The notes beneath the pieces were generated by a model, which was given only the letters and a program-made list of their open reading frames with translations, was not told the DNA's origin and ran no database searches. A DNA stretch of 32,405 nt from a virus (Duplodnaviria > Caudoviricetes): positions 1 to 32,405 of IMG/VR virus record IMGVR_UViG_3300050120_000091, one strand, 5' to 3'. Positions 1 to 6,776 of this stretch are shown here, piece by piece (within the stretch, counting starts at the first letter, position 1; each line of letters opens with the position of its first letter). A program made the position numbers and the translations under genes.

Positions 1-1
1 C

Positions 2-391
2 ACACGGGTACTGGATGGCACAGCCACGCTTGGGCCTATCAGCAACTTGCCAGCGTGCGTACAAGCCAGTGGGTGCGTTCATGCGTTTGCCTTCCAGCAA
101 CTGAATGGCGGCGTGCCAATTGTGGCACTCTGGTATCACAACAATTCGGTATGGCCGACAGGCAGCACGTACAGCAGCACAGCCAGCAGCACGTACACGC
201 TGACGCTTGACAATTCGGGTGCGGCGGGTACCGTGCAGGTGGTTGACATGATGGGCAACAGTGTAGCGACCCCGTACACCAACGGTCAGCTACAGCTAAC
301 CCTGACTGAAAGCCCGATTTACGTGGTGGGCGGTAACGCCACGGTGGTGACTAACAACGCCACCTTGCCCGTGGGTTACACGGGTCAGTAA
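2..391 (+). CDS. 3' end of a glycoside-hydrolase-like protein (C-terminal beta-sandwich); 5'-truncated by window
   Basis: Frame is open from base 2 (TRVLDGTATLGPISNLP...) to TAA 389-391. The C-terminal VQVVDMMGN...LTLTESPIYV resembles the beta-sandwich tail of GH39/GH5-like proteins (recognised by eye). Confidence 0.5.
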   Translation, partial: TRVLDGTATLGPISNLPACVQASGCVHAFAFQQLNGGVPIVALWYHNNSVWPTGSTYSSTASSTYTLTLDNSGAAGTVQVVDMMGNSVATPYTNGQLQLTLTESPIYVVGGNATVVTNNATLPVGYTGQ

Positions 392-421
392 GAACGGTGG
401 GGGCTGGCGGGCGTTGGCCTC

Positions 422-435
422 CGCAATTGATTGCG
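422..435 (+). repeat. Dispersed near-palindromic motif copy 1 (CGCAATTGATTGCG)
   Basis: Exact 14-mer, intergenic after the stop at 391. Confidence 0.95.
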
Positions 436-448
436 AACGAGGTGTGCT

Positions 449-562
449 ATGTGGATGAACTGGTGGGCCAACTGTTTTATCGATGCGATGATGTTCAGCA
501 TGTTTAGCGCTATCATGCTGACTCTACCCAAACGGGTGAAGATCGGGGGAGAACTGGAATGA
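449..562 (+). CDS. Small hydrophobic hypothetical protein (37 aa)
   Basis: GAGGTG SD, ATG 449, MWMNWWANCFIDAMMFSMFSAIMLTLPKRVKIGGELE*. Stop overlaps the next ATG (ATGA). Confidence 0.55.
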   Translation: MWMNWWANCFIDAMMFSMFSAIMLTLPKRVKIGGELE

Positions 563-789
563 GCTATGCACCGTATTACGCAATAATTATCTTGTGCGCC
601 GCAGTAGCCATTGGCGCTATCGACCGCGCCAGTCTAAGACGACGCAACGGTGAGTTACGTCAGAAGCTGGCGGACAACCGGGTTGGCGACCATGGGGTCA
701 TCATTGATGAGACCGAGTACCACGTGCATTTGGACACAGAAGGCAAACCCTTCATGTATATCCGGCGCGATGTTGACGAGGAGCAATAA
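559..789 (+). CDS. Hypothetical protein with N-terminal membrane anchor
   Basis: 76 aa ORF with upstream GGAG, hydrophobic N-terminus, translationally coupled to the previous ORF. Confidence 0.7.
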   Translation: MSYAPYYAIIILCAAVAIGAIDRASLRRRNGELRQKLADNRVGDHGVIIDETEYHVHLDTEGKPFMYIRRDVDEEQ

Positions 790-793
790 TCCT

Positions 794-821
794 TTGACAA
801 TCCGCATGGAAGTGCTATAGT
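794..821 (+). promoter_or_regulatory. sigma70-like early promoter
   Basis: TTGACA (794-799), N16, TATAGT (816-821) with TGn extension; intergenic. Confidence 0.8.
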
Positions 822-845
822 AAGTACATCGGCATGGAGGCCAAT

Positions 846-1178
846 GTGACCGAACCCGTTTATGTTCTACGCGATGCTGAGCAACAAGCAGCAGCCGCGC
901 CTCTCACGTTTTTCATTCCACCGTTGGAAACCCGACTGACGTTTGAGCCTGAAGACAGTGTTCAATTGATATTCGAGATAGACGCAGAGCGACCTGACGG
1001 GGTGACCAATGAGCGAATGTGGGTCGAAATACTCGACGTTCCCACCCCCGGCGTCTATGTGGGTTCCCTCGATACACATCCAATCTTTATCCGGGGAGTG
1101 CGGTATGGCGACACCATCCACTTCGAAGCCCGACATATCATTAAGTTCATCAACGAAGACGGTCAACCCGACATATAA
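846..1178 (+). CDS. DUF2314/YegJ-like protein
   Basis: ERMWVEI...YVGSLDTHP...GDTIHF...HI pattern. GGAGG at 836-840 favours the GTG at 846 over ATG 834. Confidence 0.6.
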   Translation: MTEPVYVLRDAEQQAAAAPLTFFIPPLETRLTFEPEDSVQLIFEIDAERPDGVTNERMWVEILDVPTPGVYVGSLDTHPIFIRGVRYGDTIHFEARHIIKFINEDGQPDI

Positions 1179-1404
1179 CTGCAAGATCGCAGAACTGGGA
1201 ACCCAGTTTCAGGTCTGGTATGGCGGGGGTAGCACGTACGGTACGAAGCCGGGGTACGTAAAGCACAAAGTGGACGGTGAGTTCCCGCCGTTCATGACTG
1301 ACAATCCGCATATGGCAATAGCGAAATGTGAGGATATGAGGGCTAAATTCCCCGAGTGCGTGTACGAGGTGCACCGGATAAACGTGGCTCGGATAACGTG
1401 GTAG
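1105..1404 (+). CDS. Hypothetical protein
   Basis: Within ORF 1009..1404. GGGGAG SD before ATG 1105; fills the gap to the next gene. Confidence 0.5.
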   Translation: MATPSTSKPDISLSSSTKTVNPTYNCKIAELGTQFQVWYGGGSTYGTKPGYVKHKVDGEFPPFMTDNPHMAIAKCEDMRAKFPECVYEVHRINVARITW

Positions 1405-1406
1405 TA

Positions 1407-1420
1407 CGCAATTGATTGCG
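1407..1420 (+). repeat. Dispersed motif copy 2
   Basis: Exact CGCAATTGATTGCG between stop 1404 and the SD of the next gene. Confidence 0.95.
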
Positions 1421-1434
1421 CAAGGGAGTGCGAC

Positions 1435-1770
1435 ATGGCTGACCAGTATTACAAACGCAAAAGAGACAACGATCAAATACTCGACCGGTTGACCGCCGAT
1501 TACGACTCAGCAGATGGTCCTTGCTGGGCGGATATCACTGCCGGGTTTGACCACCCGCATTACGGTATTGCCAAAGTGGTAGTCAAGATCGCTGATTACG
1601 ATAAACCATACGAACCGGGGGTTGAGCTTGTTAAGCGGATTACCAAGATTCCAGAGATGGTGGCGGCGTTGCGTTCTGTTTTACAGGCCGAGAGCCTGTA
1701 CGACGCGCAAGCACAAGCCCGTGAAGTCCTTCAGGCACTGGGGTTGAACGATGTATATGCGCGTACTTGA
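1435..1770 (+). CDS. Hypothetical phage protein
   Basis: AAGGGAG SD, 111 aa. Confidence 0.75.
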   Translation: MADQYYKRKRDNDQILDRLTADYDSADGPCWADITAGFDHPHYGIAKVVVKIADYDKPYEPGVELVKRITKIPEMVAALRSVLQAESLYDAQAQAREVLQALGLNDVYART

Positions 1771-2074
1771 TCTGCGGCCTGAATACGCGGCCTGCGATAC
1801 CAACAACACAACGCAGCTTCGTGCGCTGGCGCGAGTGGTGGCCCTGCGTATCAGCAAACTGGAACGCCTGCCGGGAGCCGGTGACGTTCCGTACTTGAAT
1901 GCTCACTCGTTGGCGCTGATGCGCGACTTCGAACGTCTGGCAAAGGACAAGAGCCTGACCGTTGCTGACTTCAACGTGCAGATGGCTGAGTTGTACAACT
2001 GGGCTGGCGCTCCGGTGGGTAAGTTCGGGACGAACCGGGCCTGCCAAATCATTTTGCAAGACGGGGATGTATGA
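1751..2074 (+). CDS. Hypothetical phage protein
   Basis: 107 aa, overlaps both neighbours in operon fashion. Confidence 0.7.
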   Translation: MYMRVLDLRPEYAACDTNNTTQLRALARVVALRISKLERLPGAGDVPYLNAHSLALMRDFERLAKDKSLTVADFNVQMAELYNWAGAPVGKFGTNRACQIILQDGDV

Positions 2075-2442
2075 AAGCCTTGAATGTGAAGACCTTAGAA
2101 GATTTCCTGAGTGTGAATACCCGTAACGCGTGGATCAGCAAGGACGGCCAGAATGTGTATGTTCGTAAGTCCATGCGCAATCTGGACGGCCCCCCAGCTA
2201 TGTGGGTGTTCGACATTGCGAACATTGAGACGCCGCCGAAGAAACAGGGCAAAGGGCGATTCAAGCAGTTTCTGTCGGACGTAGAGAACGCACTTCAAGG
2301 CACGACTTACGAGGCAATCTATATCGAGAACGTGCAAGTGCCACGTTTTGCTGATTACTTCCGGCGCACTGGTTGGACTGAAGTACAGCAGGGGGTATTT
2401 GCAGCGGCTAATCTGCCATGCTTCTACAAGATACTGGGGTGA
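2071..2442 (+). CDS. GNAT-fold acetyltransferase-like protein
   Basis: DIANIETPPKKQGKGRF (acetyl-CoA motif A, QxxG-like) and C-terminal ENV...FADYFRRTGW typical of GNATs. Confidence 0.6.
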   Translation: MKALNVKTLEDFLSVNTRNAWISKDGQNVYVRKSMRNLDGPPAMWVFDIANIETPPKKQGKGRFKQFLSDVENALQGTTYEAIYIENVQVPRFADYFRRTGWTEVQQGVFAAANLPCFYKILG

Positions 2443-2445
2443 CCC

Positions 2446-3192
2446 TTGGCCTTCAAGCTATCAGATTTTGTTAGTGTCTCAATTCCAGATTGGGCCAAGA
2501 TAGACATGGAAAACGCGAAGAGTGCGGAGATACAGGTGTTCACAAATCACTGCCACCAGTGCGGTATGGTGTATAAGACCGTGGATCATCCGTGGAACAA
2601 ATGTCAGCAGTGTGGGGCTGACTCCACGCATCTGACGTACGAGCACCACGGGCAGCATTACGGAACTCTGGCATCGCTTGCTGAGCAGCAGTCGCTTGAC
2701 GCGGTTAAAGAAGAACAAGCTAAGGTTCAAGCCGCGCTCAAAGAAGACGAGGATGCCAAGTACTTTGCGACTATGGATGCCGCTGAGTACCATAACTACC
2801 TACTAGAGAAGCACGAGCACAAAGGGCCAAAGGGAGACGCACCATGGCCGTGGACAAGTAGCACGGCCAATCCCCAAGACTGGAAGTCCTACCTGTATTT
2901 TAAGGGCATCAGTCAGGCGTGGCTGGTATTCAAGTTGAATGAAGACGGAAAGTTTGAGGCGTTATTCAGTGAGAAGAGTACGACCTTCTCGTGGAGTCAG
3001 ACGCAACTCACGGTGCTGGAAGAAGAACACACGGCTAACCATCTCGCGGACGCGTGCGGGGGGTTCGTAGTGGACCCGTTCGACCCTGCCTGCCCGGTGA
3101 GGGTGCATTGGGACATGTGGTTGTCCAACAAGAAAAAAGGCCAGTATGGGCCGTTAGCGATAGCCAGTGCATGGTTCGTAATAATCGATTGA
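2446..3192 (+). CDS. Hypothetical protein with N-terminal zinc ribbon
   Basis: 248 aa with CHQC...CQQC; start uncertain (TTG 2446 or ATG 2506). Confidence 0.7.
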   Translation: MAFKLSDFVSVSIPDWAKIDMENAKSAEIQVFTNHCHQCGMVYKTVDHPWNKCQQCGADSTHLTYEHHGQHYGTLASLAEQQSLDAVKEEQAKVQAALKEDEDAKYFATMDAAEYHNYLLEKHEHKGPKGDAPWPWTSSTANPQDWKSYLYFKGISQAWLVFKLNEDGKFEALFSEKSTTFSWSQTQLTVLEEEHTANHLADACGGFVVDPFDPACPVRVHWDMWLSNKKKGQYGPLAIASAWFVIID

Positions 3193-3217
3193 CAATCCAA
3201 GAGCCGAGGGATAAACT
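3189..3217 (+). promoter_or_regulatory. sigma70-like promoter
   Basis: TTGACA (3189-3194), N17, TAAACT (3212-3217); same TTGACAATCC start as other copies. Confidence 0.65.
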
Positions 3218-3223
3218 CGACTT

Positions 3224-3296
3224 GTTATTAACAACAGGCCGTGAGAAACCGGCCACTTAAGTGGGTAATTGGGTGAGGACAGTCATAGAGAATAAC
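3224..3296 (+). ncRNA. Candidate small structured RNA
   Basis: ORF-free stretch between two promoters. Ends pair (GTTATT/AATAAC) around hairpins GGCCG/CGGCC and ACTTAA/TTGGGT. Confidence 0.35.
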
Positions 3297-3300
3297 TACT

Positions 3301-3328
3301 TTGACAATCCGGGTATCTGCGCTATAGT
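3301..3328 (+). promoter_or_regulatory. sigma70-like early promoter
   Basis: TTGACA (3301-3306), N16, TATAGT (3323-3328). Confidence 0.8.
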
Positions 3329-3380
3329 CTATCCACTGACACGCGAAACCTAACCCCTAACCCGCAATGGAGTGCGATAC

Positions 3381-3671
3381 ATGTTCAAAATCAAAATCGT
3401 CATCGACCGTGGCACGAAGGAAGTTGCAGAAGGCAACACGCTGGAAGTGGATAGCCTGCAAAACGGTGCTCCGGTCCTCCATCGCGTGGCACACGCTGTA
3501 CGGCGCGCACCGGGCGAACACCGCGTGGCAACGTTTGTAGTGTTTGCTGGCCTCTGGGTGTTCTTGGAGTTCTTTTTGCATATGGAAGCTGCTGCCCACA
3601 CCGTCGAAATTTTCGGCGTGGTTCCGTTTGCTGATAACGCAGCAAAGTTCTTCATGGGTATCAAGGAGTAG
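3381..3671 (+). CDS. Hypothetical membrane protein
   Basis: GGAG at 3369-3372, ATG 3381; hydrophobic segment VATFVVFAGLWVFLEFFL. Confidence 0.7.
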   Translation: MFKIKIVIDRGTKEVAEGNTLEVDSLQNGAPVLHRVAHAVRRAPGEHRVATFVVFAGLWVFLEFFLHMEAAAHTVEIFGVVPFADNAAKFFMGIKE

Positions 3672-3673
3672 TC

Positions 3674-3757
3674 ATGCTTACGCTATTTATTATCGCGGGT
3701 GTGGTCTTGATGTTCAGCCCGATCATGCCTTACAATCGTCCGGGTAAGGACGACTGA
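3674..3757 (+). CDS. Small membrane peptide (27 aa)
   Basis: AAGGAG SD; MLTLFIIAGVVLMFSPIMPYNRPGKDD*. Confidence 0.55.
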   Translation: MLTLFIIAGVVLMFSPIMPYNRPGKDD

Positions 3758-3769
3758 TGTTTTAACCTT

Positions 3770-3795
3770 GCCCGCCATAAAAAGCGGGCTATTCT
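3770..3795 (+). terminator. Possible weak intrinsic terminator
   Basis: GCCCGC-N8-GCGGGC hairpin followed by TATTCT (poor U tract). Confidence 0.35.
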
Positions 3796-3825
3796 CGCAT
3801 CACCAGTGAGCACTAAGGAGCAGCC

Positions 3826-4083
3826 ATGGAAGTTCAAGCAGAAGTAGCATCAAATCAGTACGAGTTCGTTGCCGCAACCGGATCAAAGCCTGACCGACAC
3901 ATTATCATTAAGATCAAGCAAAAACACCTTCGGATCGCTGCACTGGCCGTCGCCGCAGTCGCCGGGACAGTAATGTCCTTGGAGATTCAGGGGATGTTCC
4001 AAATGCATGAACCGGCGTGGTTTTGTCTGAATGCGGCCTTCGCTCTCGCACTGTGGTATCCGATGCAACGTAGCAAGAAGTAA
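3826..4083 (+). CDS. Hypothetical two-TM membrane protein
   Basis: AAGGAG SD, 85 aa, two hydrophobic stretches. Confidence 0.7.
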   Translation: MEVQAEVASNQYEFVAATGSKPDRHIIIKIKQKHLRIAALAVAAVAGTVMSLEIQGMFQMHEPAWFCLNAAFALALWYPMQRSKK

Positions 4084-4223
4084 TGAAGCGTTATGGGTAT
4101 GTCCTGCTGGCGAGTGCCGTGGCAGTGATTGCCATACGACTCGCGCAGGACATATTTCATTTTGAACTCCGAGTACTGTTTTTAGTTGGACTGTTTTTGT
4201 GGGCATGCTTTGCACGCAATTGA
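4083..4223 (+). CDS. Small two-TM protein (46 aa)
   Basis: TAATG coupling; MKRYGYVLLASAVAVIAIRLAQDIFHFELRVLFLVGLFLWACFARN*. The stop lies inside motif copy 3. Confidence 0.55.
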   Translation: MKRYGYVLLASAVAVIAIRLAQDIFHFELRVLFLVGLFLWACFARN

Positions 4224-4228
4224 TTGCG
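4215..4228 (+). repeat. Dispersed motif copy 3
   Basis: Exact CGCAATTGATTGCG, 2 nt upstream of tRNA-Leu. Confidence 0.95.
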
Positions 4229-4230
4229 CA

Positions 4231-4307
4231 GCGCGGGTGGCGAAATTGGTAAACGCAGGGGACTTAAAATCCCCAAGCTGTGAGTTCAAGTCTCACTCCG
4301 CGCACCA
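4231..4307 (+). tRNA. trnL: tRNA-Leu(TAA), short variable region
   Basis: Acceptor GCGCGGG/TCCGCGC, anticodon arm GGGGA-CTTAAAA-TCCCC, T arm GTGAG-TTCAAGT-CTCAC, encoded ACCA. Confidence 0.9.
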
Positions 4308-4311
4308 AGAG

Positions 4312-4448
4312 CTATGTTTGAAGACCATCTAAACGGTGGTGCGGCAACCTTGATTTCTCTGTTACACGCTCGTGACTGGGGGAATACGAGAGGCAACCTA
4401 CATCATTCGAGATACCACTGGGCGTAGGTGGGTGGGCTTCAAACATAG
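4312..4448 (+). ncRNA. Candidate rod-like structured RNA between tRNAs
   Basis: Perfect 12-bp terminal inverted repeat CTATGTTTGAAG/CTTCAAACATAG plus nested stems with G-U pairs; no ORF. Confidence 0.6.
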
Positions 4449-4453
4449 ATTTT

Positions 4454-4529
4454 GCTGGGGTAGCTCAGTGGTAGTAGCAACGTCTTGATAAGGCGTAGGT
4501 CGGTGGTTCAATCCCACCCCCCAGTACCA
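4454..4529 (+). tRNA. trnI: tRNA with GAT anticodon (Ile by anticodon; Thr-like body)
   Basis: Acceptor GCTGGGG/CCCCAGT, anticodon arm ACGTC-TTGATAA-GGCGT, T arm GGTGG-TTCAATC-CCACC, ACCA. Confidence 0.85.
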
Positions 4530-4539
4530 AAGGACAAAT

Positions 4540-4734
4540 ATGTGGGTACTCATAGTGGTGCTGGCGTTCTATCAGCGTGGGCCACAACCAGAAGTACAGA
4601 TGCATGACTTTACATCGCAGATTACGTGCGAAGCAGCGTCAGATAACGTGCGGGCCTCGATCAAAGAAACACTGAAAGATGTGGAAGGCCATAACAGTAG
4701 CGCTGATTACCGCGTGTACTGCGTAAGAAAATGA
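4540..4734 (+). CDS. Small hypothetical protein inside the tRNA array
   Basis: AAGGA SD, 64 aa, hydrophobic N-terminus and two Cys. Confidence 0.65.
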   Translation: MWVLIVVLAFYQRGPQPEVQMHDFTSQITCEAASDNVRASIKETLKDVEGHNSSADYRVYCVRK

Positions 4735-4739
4735 ACACC

Positions 4740-4829
4740 GGAAAGGTGGCCGAGAGGTTTAAGGCAGCGCCTTGCTAAGACGCCGACCCCTACGGGGGTC
4801 CGTGAGTTCGAATCTCACTCTTTCCGCCA
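4740..4829 (+). tRNA. trnS: tRNA-Ser(GCT)
   Basis: Acceptor GGAAAGG/TCTTTCC, G73, long variable arm GACCCC/GGGGTC, anticodon GCT 4774-4776 (one C-A mismatch in the stem), CCA. Confidence 0.92.
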
Positions 4830-4838
4830 GAGTAGCAA

Positions 4839-4897
4839 GTGCGTTGGCGGACGCGCGAGTACAAAACCCACCAGTTGGGACTCAAAAAGAACCGCCA
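4839..4897 (+). ncRNA. Candidate pseudoknot element between tRNAs
   Basis: Hairpin GTGCGT-TGGCGG-ACGCGC whose loop is complementary to CCGCCA (4892-4897); intervening GAGT..CCCA/TGGG.ACTC stem and A-rich linker. Confidence 0.35.
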
Positions 4898-4902
4898 TTA
4901 CC

Positions 4903-4978
4903 GGGCCATTAGCTCATTGGTCAAGAGCGGTGAACTCATAATTCATTGGTCGTGGTTCGATTCCACGGTGGCCCACCA
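4903..4978 (+). tRNA. tRNA with CAT anticodon, probably Ile2 (lysidine, reads AUA)
   Basis: Acceptor GGGCCAT/GTGGCCC with G1-C72 (not initiator), C4:G69 and C5:G68 (TilS determinants), loop CTCATAA, ACCA. Confidence 0.85.
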
Positions 4979-4984
4979 AAACAT

Positions 4985-5012
4985 TTGACAATCGGAGTAA
5001 ATCAGCTATAGT
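4985..5012 (+). promoter_or_regulatory. sigma70-like early promoter
   Basis: TTGACA (4985-4990), N16, TATAGT (5007-5012). Confidence 0.8.
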
Positions 5013-5061
5013 TTAATCACTGACACGCAACAACGCACACCCAAACGGAACGGAGTCCGCC

Positions 5062-5307
5062 ATGACCACGAAAGCCTCGCAAGTTCGCTTTGAATCCACT
5101 ACGCAATACGAATTCAGCCACGGCAAAAAGCCAAGTGGGTTTGGCGTGTGGGTCTTCGCTGCTGACTTTGGCGATACGGAAGTGGTCTTTCAAACTCCGT
5201 GGGCCTTTGCGTACGCTGATGCAAAGAAGTGGGTGAAGGCAGCGATCTGCTTGAAAGCCGCTAGTGAATCTTTCGAAGGTGATGTTTACGTTGTTCCAAT
5301 GCCCTAA
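5062..5307 (+). CDS. Hypothetical phage early protein
   Basis: GGAG SD, 81 aa, first gene after the promoter. Confidence 0.75.
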   Translation: MTTKASQVRFESTTQYEFSHGKKPSGFGVWVFAADFGDTEVVFQTPWAFAYADAKKWVKAAICLKAASESFEGDVYVVPMP

Positions 5308-5318
5308 CGGAGTGGGAA

Positions 5319-5558
5319 ATGAAAAACTTGGGTGGTAGTGAAGCACCGTGCCCGAAGCTGAGCACGGGTGAGGACAGCACGCTTGGCAACTGGGTTGCGC
5401 TTGTGGACATGGTTTTCGGTCCTGATTGTGCCGCAGCAAAGTTCCTCAACGCGAAGATCGCTGAGCAGGGTAAGGATCAGCCTGTGATTGCCGACGAAGG
5501 CCAGTTGATCATGGCGCTGGTCAGCATGAATGCTGGCGAAGCAGCCCCAGAACTGTAG
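5319..5558 (+). CDS. Hypothetical protein
   Basis: GGAG SD, 79 aa. Confidence 0.75.
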   Translation: MKNLGGSEAPCPKLSTGEDSTLGNWVALVDMVFGPDCAAAKFLNAKIAEQGKDQPVIADEGQLIMALVSMNAGEAAPEL

Positions 5559-5567
5559 GAGACGGCC

Positions 5568-5762
5568 ATGTACGACCAAACCAGCTTTGAAACCTTGCCG
5601 TTTCAGATAGATCAGGTCACCACGCACGTCAACGCTGCCCCGCGTAAGATCGTGCAAATCACGCAGGACCATGGTCACATTGCGGCGCTGACTGATCGCG
5701 GTGAGGTGTACGAGTACGGGATCGGCGGTTGGACGAAGCTGTCTGCTATCCCGCAAGATTGA
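5568..5762 (+). CDS. Hypothetical protein
   Basis: AGGAG SD, 64 aa. Confidence 0.7.
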   Translation: MYDQTSFETLPFQIDQVTTHVNAAPRKIVQITQDHGHIAALTDRGEVYEYGIGGWTKLSAIPQD

Positions 5763-5785
5763 CCACCACAAGCAAGGAGTGCATC

Positions 5786-5986
5786 GTGGAAAGCTGCCAA
5801 AACCCCAGTAAAGTCCTTGATCTGCCACAGGCGGAACAGCAGGTGTTGAACCTCAAGGCGTATCAGAACGGCTTCAACGACCGCAACATGGGCCGTGATA
5901 AACACTTGCCTATGGAATGCAGTGATGGAGCCGTGTTCTCGTACAACCTCGGATGGCGCGACGGTGGAGCGTATGGCAAAGATTAG
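5786..5986 (+). CDS. Hypothetical protein
   Basis: AAGGAG SD before GTG 5786 in ORF 5729..5986; AYQNGFND...YNLGWRDG. Confidence 0.6.
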   Translation: MESCQNPSKVLDLPQAEQQVLNLKAYQNGFNDRNMGRDKHLPMECSDGAVFSYNLGWRDGGAYGKD

Positions 5987-6170
5987 CCGAGGCATACACG
6001 GCGGGTTGTTCACAGAAGTGGACCACCGCGTCACCTACACGCCACCCCACTGGATTGCGCATGACATGATGTGCATGTTCCGGTGGTGGCGTGCCGACCG
6101 GGCCATTAAGGCGATGGCCGAGGAACAAAACGAATACTGGTCCCATGCGTGGGATAAGGAGCCGAAGTGA
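5973..6170 (+). CDS. Hypothetical protein
   Basis: GGAG SD before ATG 5973 in ORF 5895..6170. Confidence 0.6.
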   Translation: MAKISRGIHGGLFTEVDHRVTYTPPHWIAHDMMCMFRWWRADRAIKAMAEEQNEYWSHAWDKEPK

Positions 6171-6586
6171 GCCAAAAGTTTATCCATGACTGGAGTACAG
6201 GCGTGGTCTCCAGCAGCGAGTGCTGCAAACACTGCGGTATTTTCAAGCCATACGTGGAGTCTGAGGTTGTTAGTCGGCGCTGCACGCGCATGCCCAATAA
6301 GTGGTGGGCGGGTAAGCAATCCCACGGTGAGGCCGAGTGGGTGAAGGGAGAGGCGAACACCCATACGACTTATGCGGTCGGTACACCTGCCAGCGTTTGT
6401 TACGATGACCACTACGATATCGACCCGCATAGCGAGGCCGCGATGCGCTCGTACAAGACCGTGGTGATCACCGGGGATTTGGTGGTCGAGAAAAAAGATC
6501 CTCACGTGATGGGTTTATCGCCTGAAACCATCAGTTGGGAGGAGCACAAGGCGTTCTTACGAGGGGGAACTCGAAGTGATGACTGA
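6167..6586 (+). CDS. Hypothetical protein (Cys/His-containing N-terminus)
   Basis: AAGGAG SD, GTGA overlap, 139 aa, HDW...CCKHCG. Confidence 0.7.
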   Translation: MSQKFIHDWSTGVVSSSECCKHCGIFKPYVESEVVSRRCTRMPNKWWAGKQSHGEAEWVKGEANTHTTYAVGTPASVCYDDHYDIDPHSEAAMRSYKTVVITGDLVVEKKDPHVMGLSPETISWEEHKAFLRGGTRSDD

Positions 6587-6776
6587 GGAAGAAAAGGCAG
6601 AAGTAGATGCCATGAGCCGCCTTGAACTGGCACGCAAGTACCGGTTCGATGAGAGCGGCTTTTGGAGTACGCCGCAAGGTCATTATGCGCACGAGCGGTT
6701 CTGGCACGTGCTGGGTGGGTTCAACCCCGAAATTAGCAAGAAGATTGGCTGGGGTGAGCCCGTAGATCATGATTAA
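6576..6776 (+). CDS. Hypothetical protein
   Basis: 66 aa, coupled to neighbours; start 6576 or 6579. Confidence 0.7.
   Translation: MMTEEEKAEVDAMSRLELARKYRFDESGFWSTPQGHYAHERFWHVLGGFNPEISKKIGWGEPVDHD

Noticed and set aside
207-234. TTGACA-N16-TACCGT promoter-like sequence
   Set aside because: Lies inside a coding region with a weak -10; cannot be distinguished from chance.
399-422. G-rich hairpin after the first gene as a terminator
   Set aside because: The stem relies on several G-U pairs with a 2-nt loop and has no U tract; not supportable.
1298-1311. CTGACAATCCGCAT resembling the 794 promoter
   Set aside because: Imperfect -35, no -10 at the proper distance, and inside a CDS.
4263-4269. 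tRNA TAA anticodon as an ochre suppressor / genetic-code change
   Set aside because: Anticodon UAA reads UUA (Leu); a suppressor would need UUA or CUA. Genes end normally in TAA, TAG and TGA and ORFs are not fragmented.
4342-4350. SAM-I riboswitch suggested by CGGCAACC
   Set aside because: The other SAM-I elements (AUC..GAG, kink-turn P2, GGUGC) are not in the right order, and no downstream gene is regulated.
4830-4902. Theta/HDV-like or pistol ribozyme after tRNA-Ser
   Set aside because: No HDV L3 (YCCNCGY) or nested double-pseudoknot order, and the loop complement lies outside the second stem, unlike pistol. Kept only as an unidentified pseudoknot.
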